Shown here: one piece after another, positions 58,481 through 64,000 of the stretch
How the letters are laid out: the number at the start of each line of letters is the position of its first letter
Numbering within the stretch: the first letter of the stretch is position 1
Assembly: GCA_028713005.1 (NCBI GenBank)
Contig: JAQTPC010000001.1
Span: 33,414 to 97,413 of the forward strand
Reading direction: 5' to 3'
Origin: Minisyncoccota bacterium
GTDB lineage: Bacteria; Patescibacteriota; Minisyncoccia; Phycocordibacterales; PALSA-1337
Length of the DNA stretch: 64,000 nt
The notes under the pieces: generated by a model
What the model saw: only the letters and a program-made list of their open reading frames with translations
What the model was told of the DNA's origin: nothing
Databases searched by the model: none
Made by a program: the position numbers and the translations under genes

Positions 58481-59095
58481 TTATTTTTTGAATTCGCCTA
58501 CCTTGACCTTTGGCGGACGCATCTGCTTTTTATTCAACGAATACCCTTTTTGTATAACCTGAGTGATGATATGGTCCTGGTTCTCTTCCGTCACTGGCAG
58601 ATACTCTGCTGCTTCATCACGTGCAGGATCAAATTTTAAGCCGATAGGATTTACCTCTTCTAAACCACTTTCATTCAACGTTTTTTTGAGCTGAGAATAG
58701 ATATACTCAACGCCCATACGCCAGTTCTTGTCTACTTTTTCCCATGTCTCTTTATTTGCCATAGCGAGATCAAAGCTTTCGAGAACCGGAATAAGGCTTT
58801 CGATCAAACGCTCATTTGAGAACTTGATGAACTCTTTTCGCTCTTCTTCGTCACGCTTGCGGGCATTCACAAAATCAGCTTTGGCTCTCTGCCAACCAGT
58901 GAGGTACTCCTGCGCATCAGCCTGAGATTTTTTGAGCTTGGCACGGAGCTTCTTGATCGTCTCTGCCATATTTTCTTCAGCGATGACGCTATCATCGAGC
59001 GTATCGTCTGACTCGATAGTGACATCATCAGCATCTAAATCAAGTACTTTTTCAGTGTCAGGGTTATTTGTGTCTTTATTTTCATCTGTATTCAT
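58481..59095 (-). CDS. grpE: Nucleotide exchange factor GrpE
   Basis: WQRAKADFVNARKR, LIPVLESF, FDP..DEA, VIQKGY.L....RPPKVKV. Confidence 0.95.
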   Translation of the reverse strand: MNTDENKDTNNPDTEKVLDLDADDVTIESDDTLDDSVIAEENMAETIKKLRAKLKKSQADAQEYLTGWQRAKADFVNARKRDEEERKEFIKFSNERLIESLIPVLESFDLAMANKETWEKVDKNWRMGVEYIYSQLKKTLNESGLEEVNPIGLKFDPARDEAAEYLPVTEENQDHIITQVIQKGYSLNKKQMRPPKVKVGEFKK

Positions 59096-59155
59096 GTAAC
59101 AAGTATATATAAAAAACCAGTTCCCTGCAAAGAGAACCGGTTGTGAGTGCCGCAG

Positions 59156-59527
59156 TTAGACCATCTTGCCACCATGATGAAGGAGTTGTAACTTGTCGAG
59201 CGCATTATACAACGTTAACCATTGCATGCGAGCAACTGTATCATCTTTGATATGTTTTTTAGCATATGTTTCTTGCGACTGCAGAGCCACATGCCCGAGA
59301 TCCTTCTTTGATTTTAAGCCAAACTCAATCGAGGCGAGGTTGAACTCTTTCATACGCTGCGTTATTTCAAGCACAAGACTGAGTGGGTCCGTGTGCCCAT
59401 CCCGTAAGCGTCGGAGATAGCTGTATACCTCGGCTTTCGCACGGCGCCGGGAATGCCATTTATCCAAACGTTTATGGTAATAAATGGACTGAAACCAATG
59501 CAAAATTCGAAGTGGTATTGTCAACAT
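59156..59527 (-). CDS. Hypothetical protein, probable paralog of 60232-60606
   Basis: Start MLTIPLRI with SD GAAAGG; AKAE and DL...AL.S motifs. Confidence 0.6.
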   Translation of the reverse strand: MLTIPLRILHWFQSIYYHKRLDKWHSRRRAKAEVYSYLRRLRDGHTDPLSLVLEITQRMKEFNLASIEFGLKSKKDLGHVALQSQETYAKKHIKDDTVARMQWLTLYNALDKLQLLHHGGKMV

Positions 59528-59644
59528 ATGAAAACCTTTCTTTTTTGTTTGTGATGTTTCTGTCACCAGACTACACCACACAGAATGAGAAAACAAGAAA
59601 AAAGCGCCACCATATAGTATGGTGACGCTGCAATAAAACCGCAA

Positions 59645-60106
59645 TTAGAGAGCAAGCGACTGGAGTGTTGTTTTTTGATTGCCAAGATATTTCAACGCGC
59701 TTGGCAGTTCTATACGTGGTTGAGGTGCGGCATTTGCTGTATTTCGTGCATCAACAGACACAACATACTTGAGATGCACAGCCCTGCGTTCGAGTGCATT
59801 AATAGCGACCATACGGCACGCATCTAAATCCGGACAGCCGCGTGGATACTCCTTCGACTTAAACAACCGTGTCGACAGACGATACTGATTTACTCCATCC
59901 ATTATTGTTAAAAATGACTTGAGGCCATCATCTGTTCCTTCATCTGTAATGAGCGTATCCCAAACAAGCAGGAGCTCCTTAATACGTTTGTCCTTTCGCT
60001 TATGCCGCAGTGCGAATAATTCCCAGATAACCATCTCTGTAATAAGCAGAGCAAACCCCCAGGCGACATATCTCCATGAATGATATAAATCAAAGTTCCC
60101 TGACAT
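59645..60106 (-). CDS. Hypothetical protein with N-terminal TM
   Basis: SD AAAAGGAG; own promoter and terminator. Confidence 0.65.
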   Translation of the reverse strand: MSGNFDLYHSWRYVAWGFALLITEMVIWELFALRHKRKDKRIKELLLVWDTLITDEGTDDGLKSFLTIMDGVNQYRLSTRLFKSKEYPRGCPDLDACRMVAINALERRAVHLKYVVSVDARNTANAAPQPRIELPSALKYLGNQKTTLQSLAL

Positions 60107-60231
60107 ACTATCTCCTTTTGTTATATTGTTGTCCGCAAAAATTGTTCCTCGATTAATTTACAGTACAAGTAGAATAAATACAAGAAAAAACGCTACTGTT
60201 TTTTGAACAGTAGCGTTGTGTAGAAATAACA

Positions 60232-60606
60232 TTACGCACAGATGCGAATTGGTGGTCGCACCTTAGATTCAACAAGCGGAACCTTTACCGGTGGCGGGTT
60301 CATCGCAAGAAGATACTCTTCCTCGGTTTTCCTTTTGCGCTCCTGTGCACGAGCCAGAGAACATAATGCCCTCTGAGATAAGTCTTCGCTATTGATTAAA
60401 TCGAGCTCTTGGTGCGTCACTTTATAATGCTCGCATAGATGTTCGATTCTCTGACGCTTAGCTTCGGAACTGTCGCAGCCGTATTTATCTTCAATGAGAA
60501 ATATCAACTGCAATGCCTCCGCTTTTGCTTGTTGATATTTCAAGGCTACAAATGCTGAATGAATGCGAAATGGAATGAAGAGGAGGATCTTTAGAAAGAA
60601 TTTCAT
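60232..60606 (-). CDS. Hypothetical protein
   Basis: MKFFLKILLFIPFRI...AKAE; terminator AACGCTACTGTT/AACAGTAGCGTT at about 60189-60217. Confidence 0.6.
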   Translation of the reverse strand: MKFFLKILLFIPFRIHSAFVALKYQQAKAEALQLIFLIEDKYGCDSSEAKRQRIEHLCEHYKVTHQELDLINSEDLSQRALCSLARAQERKRKTEEEYLLAMNPPPVKVPLVESKVRPPIRICA

Positions 60607-60741
60607 AACTTTTCTATGTAGTTGTGGGTTGAATGTGAAAAAACAGTTTAACTTAATCTACATCATTTTTGAAAAATGTGCCACAAAGCACAATCCGCTG
60701 GAAAAGCGGATTGAACTGGAAACAAACACTATGTTTGAGTT

Positions 60742-63700
60742 TTACTTTGGCTGGGTTCTAAACGTAGAGACTGCTGATGTTGACTGTGTTCCACTGACCG
60801 AATCAACTGCCGTAATCTTGAAATAATATTTCGTACTCTTTGTGAGACCAGAGATAGTCAGCACATGTAAAGTAGATAGATTGGTATCATTTGCAACTGA
60901 GCCAGTTGCTTTGTTGGTGAGACCATATGAGATATTGCCTGTAGATGGTACATTTGTATTCCATTTGATCGTCGCTGTTGTAGCGGTCTTCTGAGAAACT
61001 GAGAACGAAGTTATCGCCACCGGTGTTGGACCAGTAACAATAGGTTGAGGAACCGTAACAGAAACGGTATTACTCTGCGCAGAGAGATTTCCCGCAGCAT
61101 CAGAAGCGACGACGGTGTAGCTATACGTACCTGGAACAACACTATTATCTGTATATGATGTTGACGGAGCAGTAGCGATTGTTTGACCATTACGGAGGAT
61201 GGCATAACCTGTTATACCGACATTATCTACCGAAGCAAACCACGTAAGTTTAACTGAGCTTGAGTTAGGTGCAATTGCAGTGAGATTTGTCGGTGGTGTA
61301 GGTGCTGTAGTATCCGGAACAACTACTACAACATCTTTTTCAAATTGAGCTGTAACACTAACATTGCTTGAAACCGACACATCAGTTCTTGGGTTAGCCG
61401 TAGAGCCATCAGACCAATTTAGGAAATGGTACCCCGTATTAGCTACAGCGGTGACAGAACTCCCATTGGCACCGGAGTTAATAGTTTGCGTAAGTGACCC
61501 AGTAATATTACCGTTTGCACCTGCTGTATACGTAAGCGTATATGTGGTTGTTGTAGGTGGTTCAACAGGAGGCGTCACACCAGAAACATATTGACTAGCA
61601 ATTTCAACTATCTTTGAAGCCAATAATGCGTGGCCAGGCTTATTTGGATGAATTGCGTCATTTGTATATGTCATTGGGCCATAGGGGTTTGCTGCACCGA
61701 ATATATTTCCGATACTAAAGAAATAGACACGACTATCTGATGGATTAGTGGCTTTGTACGCAGCGAGACCAGCCTGTATTTGTGAAGTTACTTCTGGGTT
61801 ACCATTTATATTATTGAGAGTAAGGAATGAAGGCATCAGGAAGATATAGGTATTCGGACCAACCTGAGCACGAGCCATCCTCAACAGCTCTTTTACAGAA
61901 GTGGTGACATCCGTCTGATAATCATTTGCACCCTCAGCAATGATGAGATAATCGACGCCATATGGTAATGGTTGCGCATGGATATAGTCGAGATGATCAA
62001 ATGTTGCAGTAACTGATGGGCCGGAGCCATATTTTCTGTACCCTGCACCACTGTATGCCTTGATACCCACCTCAGCATCGAGCGCTTGTCCGACAAGCAT
62101 AGCCCAACTATCTTGTACAAATGTACTGCCTGTACCTGTATGATCTACTCCGCTCGAATCAGCTTCTGCATTATATCCACGTGAAATAGAGTCACCCAAA
62201 ACAATCATGCGCTTTGAACGTAAACCTGTTGCAGCAGTCGGAGCTGATATTGTCTTTCCAACATCCACCTCCCAGCCCGTGACATTGACCGCGGAACGTG
62301 CGTACCATGTATCTTCAAATCCGCCTTGCTCGTAGTACACCTGAACCGAGTGGTCACTATCTGCCAAACCACTCGCTAAAACTACCGTCTGTGTGCTTTT
62401 ACCTGTATCAGGACGGAACTGGGCGCGTTGCCATGCGCCATTATCGATCTTCCAGTTGACATACGGGTACTTTGAGAAAGCTACACTATCTTCTAACCAC
62501 AAACTAAGATCCACATCCATCTTGAGGAAGCTACCAGTAAAACCAAATTTTGCTGAAGTGCCTGTTTGGTTTACCTGCACATATGTACCTCCATTATAGA
62601 CATTACCTGGTGTGTAAAATATACGTGTGTCATTTGGTGCAATCAAAGTTGAAGGTTCAGCAGATGGAGTTCCTGGTGATCCGGCGCACAGCGAGGTTGT
62701 GAAATATCCACCCTTTCCATATCCAGTGCCATTTGCATTTGTCGCATAGGGACGGAAGAAATACGTAGTACCACACGTAAGGCCACTAATATTTTGAGAG
62801 TATGATCCAGCGGTGAATGTGCCGTTCATGACAACTCTTGACCCATATGCATTTGTTGTACCGTATTCAAAACCGCGAACAGATGTCGAATACTGGAATG
62901 CAAAATCATTAGCAACTGACGCATTGAGCGTTGCTCCTGTCGAAGTGATGTTTGTAGCACCCATACTTGTGACTAGTGGTATTGGCACATAGGCTGAGCC
63001 GCCACTAAAATACGCTTTTGAACCATCTGCGGCGACCCACAATCGCCACATACCACCGCCTGGACCTTGGGTCCAATTTGCTCCAGCAGAATCAGAATAA
63101 AAGAGTGCCACGTTTCCTAATGCGAGAATATGTACACCGTCATCTGAAATCGCAAGGTTTTGCCAATGATTCATGCCAGCAGAGGTGAGCGCTGTCCATG
63201 TTGCCCCATAATTTGTAGATTTATAAATATAAGTATCACTTATACCAACATACATGACACCATTGGCACCGACAGCGACTGAGGCTGCTTTGCCAGGAAT
63301 GCTCGTAACTTTACTCCATGTTGTGCCTGCATTTGTAGATATGTTGATACTCCCATCACTGTCTGGATTATTCAAAGAAACCATTGTTGCCCCATCAGGT
63401 GAAATAGCGACTGTACCACGACCCACTCCATCAAGTGTAGTTTTCCATGTAGCACCCGCATCAGTTGAAACCATGGTCGCCCCCATACTTTGCAAAATAA
63501 GAGTATTCCCACTTGCAGATGAAGCTATTTTCCACCACGATAAACTTGGTCCCAGCACAGTAGAGCTTGCCCATGTCGTACCTCCATCAGTTGAAAAATA
63601 CACATAATCAACGCACTGCGAAGCACATGTTGTTGCCCAGACTTTCTGACCGTCAGCAGAAGCTGCAATTGCTCCCTGAAACACATTCCATGCCTTTGAG

Positions 63701-63960
63701 CCGGAGCCCGTCAAGCTTATCCATGTTTTTCCAGTATCAATAGATTTTTCGAGATAGCCAGATGTGCCGAAATTAAGGGTATTACGGTACATGACTAGTT
63801 CACGTGATGAAGGAGCAAGATTAGCAGCATTGACCCACACATTGTTACCTGAACCTACACCAGCATTTGCTTGCTGACTTGTCATCATAGTTGCCAAACC
63901 GAGTGCCATAGCTATCACAAAACTTGAGAGAATAAAGAGGTGGGATTTTTTAATTTTCAT
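60742..63960 (-). CDS. Large exported protein: BNR propeller, FN3, SGNH esterase, InlB-B-like repeat, FN3 x2
   Basis: Paralog of the N-half of 40463-46024; GDSIS, GANDY, DAIHPN; YHFLNWSDGSTANPRTD; DTTAPTPPTNL. Confidence 0.85.
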   Translation of the reverse strand: MKIKKSHLFILSSFVIAMALGLATMMTSQQANAGVGSGNNVWVNAANLAPSSRELVMYRNTLNFGTSGYLEKSIDTGKTWISLTGSGSKAWNVFQGAIAASADGQKVWATTCASQCVDYVYFSTDGGTTWASSTVLGPSLSWWKIASSASGNTLILQSMGATMVSTDAGATWKTTLDGVGRGTVAISPDGATMVSLNNPDSDGSINISTNAGTTWSKVTSIPGKAASVAVGANGVMYVGISDTYIYKSTNYGATWTALTSAGMNHWQNLAISDDGVHILALGNVALFYSDSAGANWTQGPGGGMWRLWVAADGSKAYFSGGSAYVPIPLVTSMGATNITSTGATLNASVANDFAFQYSTSVRGFEYGTTNAYGSRVVMNGTFTAGSYSQNISGLTCGTTYFFRPYATNANGTGYGKGGYFTTSLCAGSPGTPSAEPSTLIAPNDTRIFYTPGNVYNGGTYVQVNQTGTSAKFGFTGSFLKMDVDLSLWLEDSVAFSKYPYVNWKIDNGAWQRAQFRPDTGKSTQTVVLASGLADSDHSVQVYYEQGGFEDTWYARSAVNVTGWEVDVGKTISAPTAATGLRSKRMIVLGDSISRGYNAEADSSGVDHTGTGSTFVQDSWAMLVGQALDAEVGIKAYSGAGYRKYGSGPSVTATFDHLDYIHAQPLPYGVDYLIIAEGANDYQTDVTTSVKELLRMARAQVGPNTYIFLMPSFLTLNNINGNPEVTSQIQAGLAAYKATNPSDSRVYFFSIGNIFGAANPYGPMTYTNDAIHPNKPGHALLASKIVEIASQYVSGVTPPVEPPTTTTYTLTYTAGANGNITGSLTQTINSGANGSSVTAVANTGYHFLNWSDGSTANPRTDVSVSSNVSVTAQFEKDVVVVVPDTTAPTPPTNLTAIAPNSSSVKLTWFASVDNVGITGYAILRNGQTIATAPSTSYTDNSVVPGTYSYTVVASDAAGNLSAQSNTVSVTVPQPIVTGPTPVAITSFSVSQKTATTATIKWNTNVPSTGNISYGLTNKATGSVANDTNLSTLHVLTISGLTKSTKYYFKITAVDSVSGTQSTSAVSTFRTQPK

Positions 63961-64000
63961 AAATATATACTATTATCGTGATTTGACACCAATATAATCA

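Noticed and set aside
56539-60606. Prophage remnant
   Set aside because: No integrase, structural or replication genes; the orphans are individually transcribed and mixed with grpE.
1-64000. Alternative genetic code (UGA=Gly) or tRNA/rRNA genes
   Set aside because: Conserved genes are full length under the standard code with no in-frame UGA needed; no cloverleaf or rRNA signatures were seen.

Overview
Bacterial chromosomal segment (standard genetic code) with the hallmarks of a Patescibacteria/CPR, most likely Parcubacteria, genome; the taxon is an inference. Core genes: RND adaptor+MarR, two GT2s, DedA, pyrD, gap, rpiB-rpe-split transketolase, uvrB, SPFH, cmk, cysS, corA, S41 protease, rplI, rpmA, M23, gltX, murG, ftsW, scpAB, trpS and grpE/dnaK/dnaJ. 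Most of these appear leaderless or SD-less. They are interspersed with stand-alone orphan genes that have their own sigma70 promoter, strong SD and terminator. No rRNA, tRNA, CRISPR array, integrase, transposase or reverse transcriptase was seen. Most notable: (1) a ~745-nt, densely base-paired transcription unit (13457-14200) between two divergent NDK-fold genes, a candidate large structured RNA; (2) a cluster of giant exported proteins (39096-53391, 60742-63960) in which two catalytic heads (propeller+SGNH; unclassified GH-like) are combined 2x2 with two tails (peptidoglycan-binding; InlB-B-like), and three genes of the cluster share an unusual His/Trp-rich N-terminal leader; (3) a small ORF ending in a RAP motif between grpE and dnaK, a possible ribosome-arrest sensor; (4) several dispersed palindromic or heptamer repeat families, two of which lie in frame inside housekeeping genes.
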